DNA of 63,417 bases, filler included, from Octopus bimaculoides (Eukaryota), in NCBI RefSeq assembly GCF_001194135.2. It is 4 parts of 4 records of this genome, joined end to end, with 100 filler letters (N's around TTAATTAATTAA, not from the genome) between each part and the next. Parts side by side here need not be neighbours in the genome. Positions count along the whole stretch, not along the records: positions 1 to 18,646 come from NC_068982.1; positions 18,747 to 32,289 come from NC_068984.1; 2 more parts are not named here. The stretch is one strand, 5' to 3'. This document shows positions 12,838-26,006 of the stretch, one piece after another. How positions within the stretch are numbered: position 1 is the stretch's first letter; every line of letters begins with the position of its first letter. Under the pieces are notes generated by a model. The model was given only the letters and a program-made list of their open reading frames with translations. It did not search any database and was not told the origin of the DNA. Position numbers and translations under genes: made by a program.

Positions 12838-13002
12838 ACACTGTTTACATTATTTACATTTGACGGATATTTGTCCTCATCTTGTTTGTTGTTAATACAT
12901 TTCGGCTGAGATACCCTCCGGCCTTCATTGGGTGTCTTGGGGAAATTTGTAACCTGGGTTCTCATTCCTAAGGTATTTTCCATGTTGTTGTTGTTGTTGT
13001 TG

Positions 13003-13067
<65 letters not shown>

Positions 13068-13073
13068 ATCACA
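12838..13073 (-). mobile_element. SINE family E, headless inverted copy
   Basis: Reverse complement matches 13136-13355: GTGATCTG-(AAT)n(AAC)n-GAAAATACCTTAGGAATGAG...CAAATGTAAATAATG. Confidence 0.85.
12894..12936 (-). ncRNA. Degenerate minimal type-I hammerhead ribozyme motif in SINE E (left arm)
   Basis: GACAC CCAATGA A GGCCG (10-nt loop) CAGCC GAAA TGTATT; GAAA and the 3' strand of stem II intact, CUGAUGA mutated. Confidence 0.55.
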
Positions 13074-13081
13074 ATACCCAC

Positions 13082-13388
13082 GGGCATATGGCGTAGTGGT
13101 TAAGAGCACGGGCTCCTAACCCCAAGATTCCAGGCAGTGACCTGAATAATAATAATAATAATAATAACAACAACAACAACAACAACAACAACAGCAATAA
13201 CAACAACAACAACATCGAAAAATACCTTAGGAATGAGAAACCCAAGTTCAAAATTTCCCCAAGACACCTGACGAAGGCTGGAGGGTATATCAACCAAAAC
13301 GTTGTATTAACAAGAAACAAGTTGAGAACAAATATCCGACAAATGTAAATAATGCACATAATTCTTCATCTCTTAAATATAGAACTGT
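13082..13388 (+). mobile_element. tRNA-headed SINE family E
   Basis: GGGCATATGGCGTAGTGG A box; anticodon-like arm GGG-CTCCTAA-CCC; B box apparently deleted; internal (AAT)n(AAC)n; pair flanked by AAGCCAGTCATAT at 12825-12837 and 13389-13401. Confidence 0.85.
13263..13308 (+). ncRNA. Degenerate minimal type-I hammerhead ribozyme motif in SINE E (right arm)
   Basis: GACAC CTGACGA A GGCTG (10-nt loop) CAACC AAAA C GTT GTATT; CUGANGA intact, GAAA mutated to AAAA. Confidence 0.6.
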
Positions 13389-14548
13389 AAGCCAGTCATA
13401 TGTTACTGTAACATACGCGCAGGTTGAGAGATTAGTTACACTATACAGGATTAAACGAGATCTCAGCTTGTGTACATTTTAGAAGCCTATATTTTGAACG
13501 GGAAATGATGTCATTGCACAATCATATCAAGATCGAAATATACATGTCACAGGTTCAGCATGAGGGAGTTCAAGAATGATGATTTGATCGATTTGAAAAT
13601 ATAAATAGATAACGAATCTTACAGTAAACTTTCCAAATATTCATAAATTATTACTAGCGTTCGCAAAATGTCAAAACTCCCCCACATAGCTTTGAGGCAA
13701 AACGCGTGTCGTTTGTTAAACATCTGAATTAAAATATCCCTATCAAATCTCACTTAATTTATCAGTAAACATCTGCAGATAGCAGAATATCAATTATATG
13801 CAAACGCGATATTTTGTATTAAGGTATGTGTTCACATACTAAAGTAACTTACAAAAGAAATACCGTAGAAATATAGAAAATAAGGAATATATCATTGAAG
13901 CTTTTAGGATTTCAACAACTAAAACGAGAATCAATAAAATGTGTAAGAGAAAACAACTCAAATATGAATAAAAAAAATACTTGAATTAAAATAACACTTG
14001 AGGCAGACGATATCACCATTCAATGAAGAACAATCCGTACTTTTGTAAACTCAAAAACTCCCTTGCAGTCTAATGTATTTCACTAAAAGCTAGGTAAATA
14101 AAAGTTGCAAAAAGTTGAAGTATATAACACTTATGGTAATATGTGGGTAAAATTCTTTTAGATTATTGAAAGTGGATGAATCGTTACTTGTGGTTATCAA
14201 AATTTTAAAGGAAAATTGACAACTATAATAGTAAATATGACATTAACGTATGCGAACAATTGGAAAACACTCGAATTCAGAACGATCCCAATATTTGTAT
14301 AATATATTTCACAGGAATATGCGTAATAACAGTAAACATTCAATATTAAACTGATATAAAAGCACTTCAATCACTCGTCGAGAAAACAATTTTAATTTCC
14401 AATAATATCAAGAAAACAATCTCCGACAAATGCAGACATATAACTGCCCAGTCGACAACATATGATTAACAGCAGCAGATTATGAAGATGTAAAAACGAA
14501 GCTTCACATACTGTTACTTTCGAAAAAAGTAAAAATGAATACACAAAG

Positions 14549-14550
<2 letters not shown>

Positions 14551-14586
<36 letters not shown>

Positions 14587-14793
14587 GACGATCGTCATCG
14601 TTATTATCATCGTCATTATATTCATATTCATATGAATGCAGCATTACATTTCGTATTTTGTCATACATTAATAGGATTAGCAAGTATTGACAGCTGTAAT
14701 TGATTTCACTTTTTTCTAGAACCATATATTGCAAAATTATATATATATATGTGCGTGTGTGTGTGTGTGTGTATAGATAGATAGGTAGGTAGG

Positions 14794-14880
<87 letters not shown>
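14551..14880. repeat. (GAT)n, (TG)n and long (GATA)n microsatellites
   Basis: Direct reading. Confidence 0.95.
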
Positions 14881-14881
<1 letters not shown>

Positions 14882-15913
14882 CTATATGATTAAATATAAA
14901 CTCTTAAATAAATAAACTTAATTATATCATTAAAGAACAATAACTTTATCCATAAATTTAAATTAATTATAAACGTGGCAAGTTTAAAAATAGAACATGA
15001 ACTCATTGTTAACAATGATTGGGATGATAATAAGAGTAGTAGTGGTAGTAATAGTAAGAATAATAATATTAACAACAATAACATCAGCATACACTAAGCA
15101 ACCTGATATTAATTATACTACCATTTACCACTCGAAGGAAAAAATACATTTGCTTTCTAGTCACTTGTTTTTCTAACCAGCAGAGTTGCAAAAGTCAGAA
15201 TTTAGGGTATTTTAATAATACTAAGACAACGTGTACGAAATATTTTAGATGGATCTGTATTTATTTCGGATGGGATCACAAGATGAACAAATTTGGAGTG
15301 TGCATTGTGTTGCAACAGAAAAATATGTGGGTGCAGAAATGGAAGAATGTGATTAACTGCAGAATAAAACTGGTCATGTCAAAGATCTCTGGTCTCCATA
15401 ATTATTGAATAGTTGTTTCTATAAAGGATCTCTGGGTCTATAAAGGATTTTTTTTTCTCTGATTAAGGGGAAATAATCCGTACTGATAAATGATTATTCG
15501 CATTCCTCGCACCCTCACTTTTGCGACGTAGATATTTTAAAGTCTTGTATTCATATAGAGTCTCAGGAGCTGTGCACGAGGCTTGGCTTCGTGGGTGGGG
15601 AGCGAAACCTTGGTTGATTCAAAATTAAATTTTGTTACATATATATGTTCACTTTAAAAGGGTTTTGCTTAGAAAGTTCTACATGCATAAATGAACTCTA
15701 ACGAATAATATAATCCATGGCATAAGCAATAAAATCCTTTCCAGCACACATACCCACACAAAACATAATTACCCACCTAGCCACCCCTCTACTACACACA
15801 CCCAAACATGATTTTAATTCAAAAGAAACTTTATATAAATGCAAAACTAACTTTAAAAATCGCAGTCTGATGACGATATATTCCCTGATCGAAACTTCTT
15901 GTATACCAATAAG

Positions 15914-15970
<57 letters not shown>

Positions 15971-16681
15971 CATCGTTTATTCTGTGACCTCCTCATAAGA
16001 AAGAAGAAAGCGAAGGACCACTGATGAGGTCACAGAAGTGTGACGAAAGAACACTGCCCGAAATAGGATTAACGTAATATAATGTAATATAAAACTGAAG
16101 CAAATTAACACCAAATATACAGTGCGTGTGTTTTTATTGGCTAAACTGGCAATGTGACTATCCCCAAGTACAACATCTGTTTTAACACACGATGTCACAT
16201 CAAAAATCTGGCAAATGTATATANNNNNNNNNNNNNNNNNNNNNNNNNNNNNNNNNNNNNNNNNNNNNNNNNNNNNNNNNNNNNNNNNNNNNNNNNNNNN
16301 NNNNNNNNNNNNNNNNNNNNNNNNNNNNNNNNNNNNNNNNNNNNNNNNNNNNNNNNNNNNNNNNNNNNNNNNNNNNNNNNNNNNNNNNNNNNNNNNNNNN
16401 NNNNNNNNNNNNNNNNNNNNNNNNNNNNNNNNNNNNNNNNNNNNNNNNNNNNNNNNNNNNNNNNNNNNNNNNNNNNNNNNNNNNNNNNNNNNNNNNNNNN
16501 NNNNNNNNNNNNNNNNNNNNNNNNNNNNNNNNNNNNNNNNNNNNNNNNNNNNNNNNNNNNNNNNNNNNNNNNNNNNNNNNNNNNNNNNNNNNNNNNNNNN
16601 NNNNNNNNNNNNNNNNNNNNNNNNNNNNNNNNNNNNNNNNNNNNNNNNNNNNNNNNNNNNNNNNNNNNNNNNNNNNNNNNN

Positions 16682-16713
<32 letters not shown>

Positions 16714-17652
16714 TTACCGCTTCAAATAACGGAAGATTAAGACGCAGAACAATTATATATATATTATAGAGAAAACAACCAAACTGAAGACCTACCAACT
16801 AAGTGAAATTATGAAATTATAACCAGCATACCTACCTATATAATGTAACACGATGTGGAAAGAGAAAGCCTTCGTGGATGCATTAATAATGTAAATCTGA
16901 AAAATCCGAGTCGCATGAGAATTGCATTATTTGAAACCGAGAATATTTTGTTTAATCTTCATATCTGACTACATAGTCAAATATATTTATTGTATTATTA
17001 TAAGATATAATCACATAATATGCAGGAATTAGGATGAAACTCAGTGTTATGTTATTTTATTATGCAGGTTTTTTTATGTCAACAATTCCCAATTTTCGAT
17101 AGCATATAATATTATACGAGACAGAGATTCTGCAACACGTATTATGAAGATACGTTGGAAACTGATATATGTTTGAGAAAAATGTGATATATTCTCCGAC
17201 ATCTGATATCTCGTAACAGATGAATATGAAGTTTTAATTTCAATTGTACTAATACCATTAGCCCACATATACAATAGTATGCGTACGATGTCATTTTTAC
17301 ATGAAATAAGAAATTCGGTCAATGGAATTATGTTAAAATATGCTAACGGGTTTGTGAAATAAGCGAAATCATAATCCTTATACTAACTGCAATTTTAATG
17401 ACTTACCCAAAAATGTCAGTACAGGACAAGACTGACTTAACAAAATGTACGAACGTTTATAGAAGAAAAATTGTGAATGCTACATTTGCCAGGGATTTCG
17501 TAAACTATATTCATCAGAAAAAAATACCCGTATCAGTCGAAGTTCATAGCATTCACATTGCTACCTAATATTGTACAACTGTAATACGACGGAACTATAG
17601 TTACCATTATTACATTTGCTGCAATGAAAATTATTAATAGCACCACCGTTAA

Positions 17653-17712
<60 letters not shown>

Positions 17713-17745
17713 TAATAACAATAATAATAATAATAATAATAATAA

Positions 17746-18646
17746 TACCGGGGACGTTTAACAGAGACTACACCGGGGACGTATAACAAGACTACACCGA
17801 GGGCGTTTAAAAGAGACTACACCGGGGACGTTTAACAAAACTACACCGGGGACATTTAAAATGTGAGAATGATAAATCACTGCTCCGAAATTTATCCAAA
17901 AACATCGGATATAAAGACATCGCATAGAGCCAAAAAATAGCTGACAAAAGGTTGGACTATATCCGAGTAAGTAATACTCATTGAAATTTATTTATGTTTT
18001 TCCAAATATAATGATGTATTTTAACTTAATACCTCCACTACCCGCACAGCGAACGTAAACACACTTGTTACATCAACACCAGACCATCTCCGGACCCAAA
18101 TACCATGTACAAAATAATTACAAACAGATTAAATACTTTCGGTATTATTCCACCCAAGAATAACCACCTGAAAAGTGCGTACTGTAAGCTTGTTACGCAG
18201 AAAGTACGAAGATCTGAACGTGCAAAACAATCTGACAACAGAAATGAACGGACCCGTACACTACGAAAACGATGACCATCAAAATAAAGGGCCGGACGTG
18301 GTCCCTCATGTCCCGCAAACAAAGCCAAACCGGCATAAATGGACACGTGAGGAATACATTTCGATCCTACACGTTTATTTCACAGCAGTGCTCTCCCTAA
18401 AGAAAACGAAAACGCAACAACACATACATATAAAATATGGAAGAAAAATAATCTAAATAAAGACCTCGATAAAACAATGAACCCTAACAAACTACTTAAC
18501 ATAAGAAGATATATTCTCAAAGCCAAAAAAAAACATCAGAAATAGAAATAGAACAATTGAAAGGAAAAATACATCAGGAAGATCTAGATAGTAGTCACAC
18601 AACAATGCCAGCAAATGCATAACAAAAACACCAGGACTTATAAATG
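17746..18646 (+). mobile_element. 5' end of an R4/Dong-clade element (tandem-repeat leader plus N-terminal domain)
   Basis: Starts right after (AAT)n; five ~25-bp repeats TACACCGGGGACGTTTAACAGAGAC; RHKWTREEYISILHVYF...IWKKNN...NKLLNIRRYILK...SEIEIEQLK resembles the Myb-like N-terminus of R4/Dong ORFs as I recall it; frameshifted and cut by gap. Confidence 0.7.
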
Positions 18647-18746
18647 NNNNNNNNNNNNNNNNNNNNNNNNNNNNNNNNNNNNNNNNNNNNTTAATTAATT
18701 AANNNNNNNNNNNNNNNNNNNNNNNNNNNNNNNNNNNNNNNNNNNN
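18647..18746. other. Artificial scaffold spacer
   Basis: 44 N + TTAATTAATTAA + 44 N = 100 bp; identical structure at three places. Confidence 0.95.
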
Positions 18747-18813
<67 letters not shown>

Positions 18814-19513
18814 GTGCGTGTCTGTATACACACACACACTCACACACCCATTAATCTCTGTATATTTAAAGATTCGGCCAACTTATTTTTATACCACAAC
18901 TTAACATATATAACTATTTCCGTGTCTGTTGTTGAGTATTTTAGGATCAGGCCTACTTGTCAGTCTGTCTGTCTGTCTGTTTGCCTGCACGCTCATCCGT
19001 CTGCCCGCCTGCCCGCCAGCCCGCCCGCCTGCTAGTCCTGCAGGCCTGCCAACTTGCCAGACTTTCACTTTCTACATGTTTTACGTCATACAAACGGACA
19101 CACAGACACAGGCCGTCATTTACGTGCGTAAAACAAACTTGATACTCACAAAATATTGTGAATAGGAATTGCTGTGGTGGTTAACATATCGGCTTTGAAT
19201 TCAGGTGTTTCTGAGTTCTAACCTAATGAGTGGTAATATTTTAGGTACAATTTTTTTTTTGTGACTTTTTTTTGTTATGTTAAGCTTATTTCTATGAAAA
19301 TGCTATGGGATAGATTGATAGACAGTTAATAAGTGTGTAGAATCGCATTAGCTCTATGGGTCCCCGCACACGGAGGCAAACACACACACGCACAAACACA
19401 CACACACACATACATGCGTGCACGCATACATATTTATAAAAGTGTGCGGAAGATTTTTTTAGATAATTGTGTGTATCCGTGTGTGTGTGTGCTTGTGTCT
19501 ATGTATATGATTA

Positions 19514-19547
<34 letters not shown>

Positions 19548-19550
<3 letters not shown>

Positions 19551-19917
19551 GGAGTGGCTGTGGTAAGAAGCTTGCTTCCCAACCACATGGTTCCGGGTTC
19601 AGTTCTACTACGTGGTACCTCGGGCAGTGTCTTCTACTATAGCCTCGGGCCGGCCAAAGCATTCTAAATGGATTTGGCTGACGGAAACTGAAAGAAGCCC
19701 GTCGAATATATATATACGTGTATGTACTTGTGTGTCTGTGTTTGTACCTCTGCCATCACTTGACAACCGATGTTGGTGTATTTACGTTCGGGGAAACTGA
19801 ACGATAGAATAAGTATTAGGCTTACAAAGAATAATTCCTGGGATCGATTTATTCGACTAAAGTCAGTGCTCCAGTGTGGCCTCAGTCAAATGACTGAAAC
19901 AAATAAAAGAATAAAAG
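19548..19917 (+). mobile_element. SINE family A
   Basis: GCAGGAGTGGCTGTGG head through GTCAAATGACTGAAACAAATAAAAG tail. Confidence 0.9.
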
Positions 19918-21226
19918 TCTATGTATATATATATAAATGTGTGTGTGTGTGTGTGTGGAAAGAGAAAGGATCTGACGTGTTTGGAGGCACGCAGCTTAGT
20001 GGTTAGGAGATTCCTGGACCGGGCTATATTTTATATTTTGTCAGCAAAACACATTTCACATTTTGTTCCAGTCCACTCAACTGACAAAAAAGTGAGTATT
20101 CCTGCGACGGACCATCGTCCCATCCAGAAGCAAGGATGGAATATATGTATACACAGAACTCTTCTCCCTCCCACCACCACCACCAAAAAAAAACACCTTA
20201 TGAGCCAACGACTTGTGAACGACCTTTGAACGTTTAACTAGAAGCGGCTCTTAACCCCCCGTAAGGGCTTTGTTTGAATAAATACCATAAAATANNNNNN
20301 NNNNNNNNNNNNNNNNNNNNNNNNNNNNNNNNNNNNNNNNNNNNNNNNNNNNNNNNNNNNNNNNNNNNNNNNNNNNNNNNNNNNNNNNNNNNNNNNNNNN
20401 NNNNNNNNNNNNNNNNNNNNNNNNNNNNNNNNNNNNNNNNNNNNNNNNNNNNNNNNNNNNNNNNNNNNNNNNNNNNNNNNNNNNNNNNNNNNNNNNNNNN
20501 NNNNNNNNNNNNNNNNNNNNNNNNNNNNNNNNNNNNNNNNNNNNNNNNNNNNNNNNNNNNNNNNNNNNNNNNNNNNNNNNNNNNNNNNNNNNNNNNNNNN
20601 NNNNNNNNNNNNNNNNNNNNNNNNNNNNNNNNNNNNNNNNNNNNNNNNNNNNNNNNNNNNNNNNNNNNNNNNNNNNNNNNNNNNNNNNNNNNNNNNNNNN
20701 NNNNNNNNNNNNNNNNNNNNNNNNNNNNNNNNNNNNNNNNNNNNNNNNNNNNNNNNNNNNNNNNNNNNNNNNNNNNNNNNNNNNNNNNNNNNNNNNNNNN
20801 NNNNNNNNNNNNNNNNNNNNNNNNNNNNNNNNNNNNNNNNNNNNNNNNNNNNNNNNNNNNNNNNNNNNNNNNNNNNNNNNNNNNNNNNNNNNNNNNNNNN
20901 NNNNNNNNNNNNNNNNNNNNNNNNNNNNNNNNNNNNNNNNNNNNNNNNNNNNNNNNNNNNNNNNNNNNNNNNNNNNNNNNNNNNNNNNNNNNNNNNNNNN
21001 NNNNNNNNNNNNNNNNNNNNNNNNNNNNNNATATATATATAAACAATATATGAGTATATGCATATATATGTACATGTATGTATATACGTTCATCCACATG
21101 TACATATAGATACATAACTGGGTACATGACGTGGCAAAAGAACAAGGACAAAATGGTAAACAAGGTGCAACAAACAAGCAGGCCACATAGAAACATCCCC
21201 TTCATCAGCTGCCACCATTAAAACTC

Positions 21227-21261
<35 letters not shown>

Positions 21262-21763
21262 CACACACACAATTTTCGGGGATCTTTGTTGTTTGTATTA
21301 TTTATATAGATACTCACGCAGAGAGACAGATAGACAGACATACACACATGCATGCATACATACATACATACACACACACATATACATACATAGGTACAGT
21401 ATTTACTCGAGTATAAAATGAATAGTTAATACAAAACCACCAGGGTCATTGCTAGGCGTTAGCGTGACATACGAGGGCAATAAAAAAATATATTCATAAG
21501 AGAATAATAAAGATGTGTTCGCGCTGGCGATTGCTTATATGTATATGTATTTGTATACACACAAACACATACACACTCATGTACATGGGTGAATGATATG
21601 TATTTATTATATACAAACATATATGTATATATGTGCGTGTATGTGGATGTGCGTGTGTGTACACATACTCATACACATATACAGAATATACACACATACA
21701 AAAATGCATTTTTTCATTTAAGTAACGGTACGCACGCTCACCCGACTTTTTTAATAGTAAGTT

Positions 21764-21804
<41 letters not shown>

Positions 21805-21815
21805 TNNNNNNNNNN

Positions 21816-21851
<36 letters not shown>

Positions 21852-21854
<3 letters not shown>

Positions 21855-22008
21855 GACGGGCTTCTATCAGTTTCCATCTACCAAATTCATTCACCAGTCT
21901 TTGGTCGGCCCCAGGCTATAGTAGAAAACACTTGCCCGAGGTGGCATGCAATGCGATTGAACCCGGAACCTTGTGGTTGGGAAGGAAGATTCTCACCACT
22001 CAGCCATT
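21852..22008 (-). mobile_element. SINE family A, 5' half
   Basis: Aligns with 2455-2615. Confidence 0.8.
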
Positions 22009-22187
22009 TAATCTAGTCGTTTATTATGACCGGTGAGAGCGTTACCATTGGTTTCATGTCTAATATTGCTCTTAACAAATATATACGACACATCAGACCT
22101 GCTCACTGAGGGTCTGCTTTTTTTCAGACTTGTGAACAAGTAACAGATTTTTATGTGTGTGTGTGTTTATTATACATATACAGATAA

Positions 22188-22404
22188 ACTCTTTACTTTT
22201 TTTACTTGTTTCAGTCATTTGACTGCGGCCATGCTGGAGCACCGCCTTTATAGCCGAGTAAATCGACCCAAGGACTTATTCCTTGGATGCCTAGTACTTA
22301 TTCTATCGTTCTCTTTTTGCCGAACCGCTAAGTTACGGGGACGTAAACACACCGGCATCGGTTGTCAAGCGATGTTGGGGGGACAAACACAGACACACAA
22401 ACAT

Positions 22405-22437
<33 letters not shown>

Positions 22438-22608
22438 CATATATACGACAGGCTTCTTTCAGTTTCCGTCTACCAAATCCACTCACAAGGCTTTGGTCGG
22501 CCCGAGGCTATAGTAGAAGACACTTGCCCAAGGTGCCACGCAGTGGTACTGAACCCAGAACCATGTGGTTGGTAAGCAAGCTACTTACCACACAGCCACT
22601 CCTGCGCC
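22188..22608 (-). mobile_element. SINE family A, full length, CpG-rich
   Basis: Complete head, core and tail. Confidence 0.92.
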
Positions 22609-23077
22609 ATAAAGTTGATAAATTTAACACTCGTATACGTATATATTTTCTTTAATACATATTCATATACGTACATAGTAAATTACATATATATATGTGT
22701 ATAAATAACTTCACACATTCACATGAGTAGACAGACAGACAGGAATATGCATACATACATACAGACAGACAGACAGAGTGGCAGCCAGGCAGATAGATAG
22801 GCAGATAGACTGAGATAGATATATGTATAGAAAGAAAAAAAAATGAAAGAAAGATAGACAGACAAGCAGACAGGTAATTTTTCTTTGTAGATGTATTCAA
22901 TATCCACTGAAAATTTCTCTTATATTCAATGACTTTTCTTACTTAACTTTCTAGCACAATTTATTTGACGTAGGCAACATGCTACTTTTTAGTTTCCTGT
23001 TGGGGGACTATATTATAACTTTATTATTCCGTTGATCCCGATAGAATCCGGAAGGTAATTATGGTGCGTGTGTAATA

Positions 23078-23119
<42 letters not shown>

Positions 23120-23123
<4 letters not shown>

Positions 23124-23285
23124 CGGGCTTCTTTCATTTTCCGACTAGCATATCGACTCACAAGGCTTTCGTGGGTTTGAGGCCATAGTAGAAGACACCC
23201 GCCCAAGGTACCACGCAGTGGGTCTGAAGCCGGAACCTTGTAGTTGGGGAGCAGGTTTCTTACCGTACAACCACGCCTGCGCGCG
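23120..23285 (-). mobile_element. SINE family A, 5' half
   Basis: Aligns with family A head and core. Confidence 0.8.
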
Positions 23286-23637
23286 CGTGTATGTACACGT
23301 GTGCGCGTTTTATACATACATACTGAAGAACTATTTAATTCTACATCGCTGCAGTGCATCAGAATCTATGCCATCTCGCGTAATCGTTAGGGAATTTATG
23401 TATTTATTTATTTATTTGATTATCTTTATAGCGCGAATTGCTTTAAATCTACAATAACAAACAAAGGTACACACGCACGCACACACATACACACAAACAC
23501 ATACGCACGTACGTGCGCGAAGACTTATGCCTTTATATGTTTGCGTAAACGCACACACATGTACACGCGTTGTATCACTGTCCCAAACCACCATACCTAC
23601 CCAATAGACCAAGTCACACATATACATGCGTATGTTT

Positions 23638-23671
<34 letters not shown>

Positions 23672-24480
23672 TGGTGGAGTGGGGGTGATGAAGAAGAAAT
23701 AAGATGCCAGTCTCGCATACCTTGCGAGATAGTTTCGTTCGGCGAGCCTTCGCACCTATAAGTCGCACAGACCAGAGTCAAACTGTTATTAAGTAATACA
23801 CGTAAGTCATACGAATGTCCTGAGTACCACTTGGCCAACTCACCCATATATACATATATATATATATATATANNNNNNNNNNNNNNNNNNNNNNNNNNNN
23901 NNNNNNNNNNNNNNNNNNNNNNNNNNNNNNNNNNNNNNNNNNNNNNNNNNNNNNNNNNNNNNNNNNNNNNNNNNNNNNNNNNNNNNNNNNNNNNNNNNNN
24001 NNNNNNNNNNNNNNNNNNNNNNNNNNNNNNNNNNNNNNNNNNNNNNNNNNNNNNNNNNNNNNNNNNNNNNNNNNNNNNNNNNNNNNNNNNNNNNNNNNNN
24101 NNNNNNNNNNNNNNNNNNNNNNNNNNNNNNNNNNNNNNNNNNNNNNNNNNNNNNNNNNNNNNNNNNNNNNNNNNNNNNNNNNNNNNNNNNNNNNNNNNNN
24201 NNNNNNNNNNNNNNNNNNNNNNNNNNNNNNNNNNNNNNNNNNNNNNNNNNNNNNNNNNNNNNNNNNNNNNNNNNNNNNNNNNNNNNNNNNNNNNNNNNNN
24301 NNNNNNNNNNNNNNNNNNNNNNNNNNNNNNNNNNNNNNNNNTGAAAATACTAAAATGGGACAAAAATGGAAAACATCCAGACAGACGATACAAAGAAAAC
24401 AAGTCATTCGGAGTTTTCTATCCTCAGTCGAGTTCCAGATTATCTTTGCAATTTCGGCTACACACACACACACACACACA

Positions 24481-24511
<31 letters not shown>

Positions 24512-24517
<6 letters not shown>

Positions 24518-24700
24518 GCTTGTTTCAGTCATATTTTGACTGCGGTCATGTTGCACCGCTTTGGTCGAACAAATCCACCCCAAGACTTATTCTTTATACG
24601 CCTAGTACTTACTTTATCGGATTCTTATCCCGAACCGCTAAGTTTCGAGGACGTAAACACATCAACAGCGGTTGTCAAATGATGGTAGGGGACAAAGACA
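24512..24700 (-). mobile_element. SINE family A, 3' half
   Basis: Aligns with 22200-22390. Confidence 0.8.
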
Positions 24701-24997
24701 GACGCACATTCATATATATATATAATCAAAAACAGCAACACGGATTTTAAAGGTTATTGCAGTACGCACATTTCATGCTACTCCATTTATTTAAGTAATG
24801 CGAGCATTACATTAAATGCAAAATGTAGAGCAATCTTCAGCTGCACAAGAATATAGAATATGTATTCTAACCTTTAAAATCCATGTTGCTTTTTTGAATT
24901 TTTGATCACCTTGTTTTTTGAAATTGTTTTGGATAATACCATACTATATTCTGGTGCCTAAACATAAGTACCACATTCAATTTTGAATCTAAATCTC

Positions 24998-25057
<60 letters not shown>

Positions 25058-25062
<5 letters not shown>

Positions 25063-25156
25063 ACGGTCTTTTTTCAGAATTCGCCTACCAAATCCACTCA
25101 CAAGGCTTTGGTCGGCTCGAGGCTATAGTAGAAGACACTTGCCCAATGTGCCACAT
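25058..25156 (-). mobile_element. SINE family A core fragment
   Basis: CTACCAAATCCACTCACAAGGCTTTGGTCGGCTCGAGGCTATAGTAGAAGACACTTGCCC. Confidence 0.8.
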
Positions 25157-25164
25157 ATTTCTTG

Positions 25165-25281
25165 AACAAGAATGTTGTTGACAGTGACATCGAAATTTCC
25201 GTCAGCTAAGCCAATGTCGGTCAGTCCTACGATCGATTAGCCAGTCAGAACTTCGAAGTCACTGTAAGCAACATTCTTGTT
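25165..25281. repeat. Short foldback (33-bp imperfect inverted arms), possible mini-MITE
   Basis: AACAAGAATGTTGTTGACAGTGACATCGAAATT versus the reverse complement of AACTTCGAAGTCACTGTAAGCAACATTCTTGTT. Confidence 0.65.
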
Positions 25282-26006
25282 TCTGAATAATAAATTTGTT
25301 CCCTGCAAATGTATTGCATAACCCATCAGATTAATGTAAAACTGTTTTTATTATAACTCACCATAAAAACAAACATATGTATGTATGAACTTATTTCTTG
25401 TTTTAAGAGTCACATTCTCCCAATACTCGCATTATCGCATAGCACTATCCTATAAGATATAAGATTCTGTTATTCAATTCAACGTTATCCAGTGATTGTG
25501 AATTATTACATTCAACCATTTTTATTGCATGCTCATTTTGTTCCAAATTTCAGTGTTCCATTTTTCATAATCGTCTGCATTGAGGCAACGAGTAACTTGG
25601 CTCGGCGTAGATTATATGTAAAATTTGAACTTGTAGTTAATTATATCGCTTCACTTTCAGTATTGAGTACAGTTTATTTTTTTCATTTCTTCTTGTCTAC
25701 ACTCACATGTTCGCGCACGCGTACACACACACACATACGCACACAGTACATTGCGAACTGTCCTAACTACAGAAGAGGGCTCCACAATTCTTCGTGAACA
25801 AACCAACACAGGTGATTTTTATATATATATATATATATAGTGAAAATATGTTTGTGCTGTATGTACATTAGCTCACTCCCTTCATCAAATCAACATCGCC
25901 CATACAAGTGCACAATGCGGTGCACATCATATATCGACGTGTTCGCTGATCAACGTAAAATAAAATGTTCTGCACAGGAACTTAACGCATTGGGTGGTCT
26001 AAGAAT

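Noticed and set aside
18691-18702. TTAATTAATTAA as a homeodomain site or conserved element
   Set aside because: Always centred in exactly 44+44 N, so it is an assembly linker.
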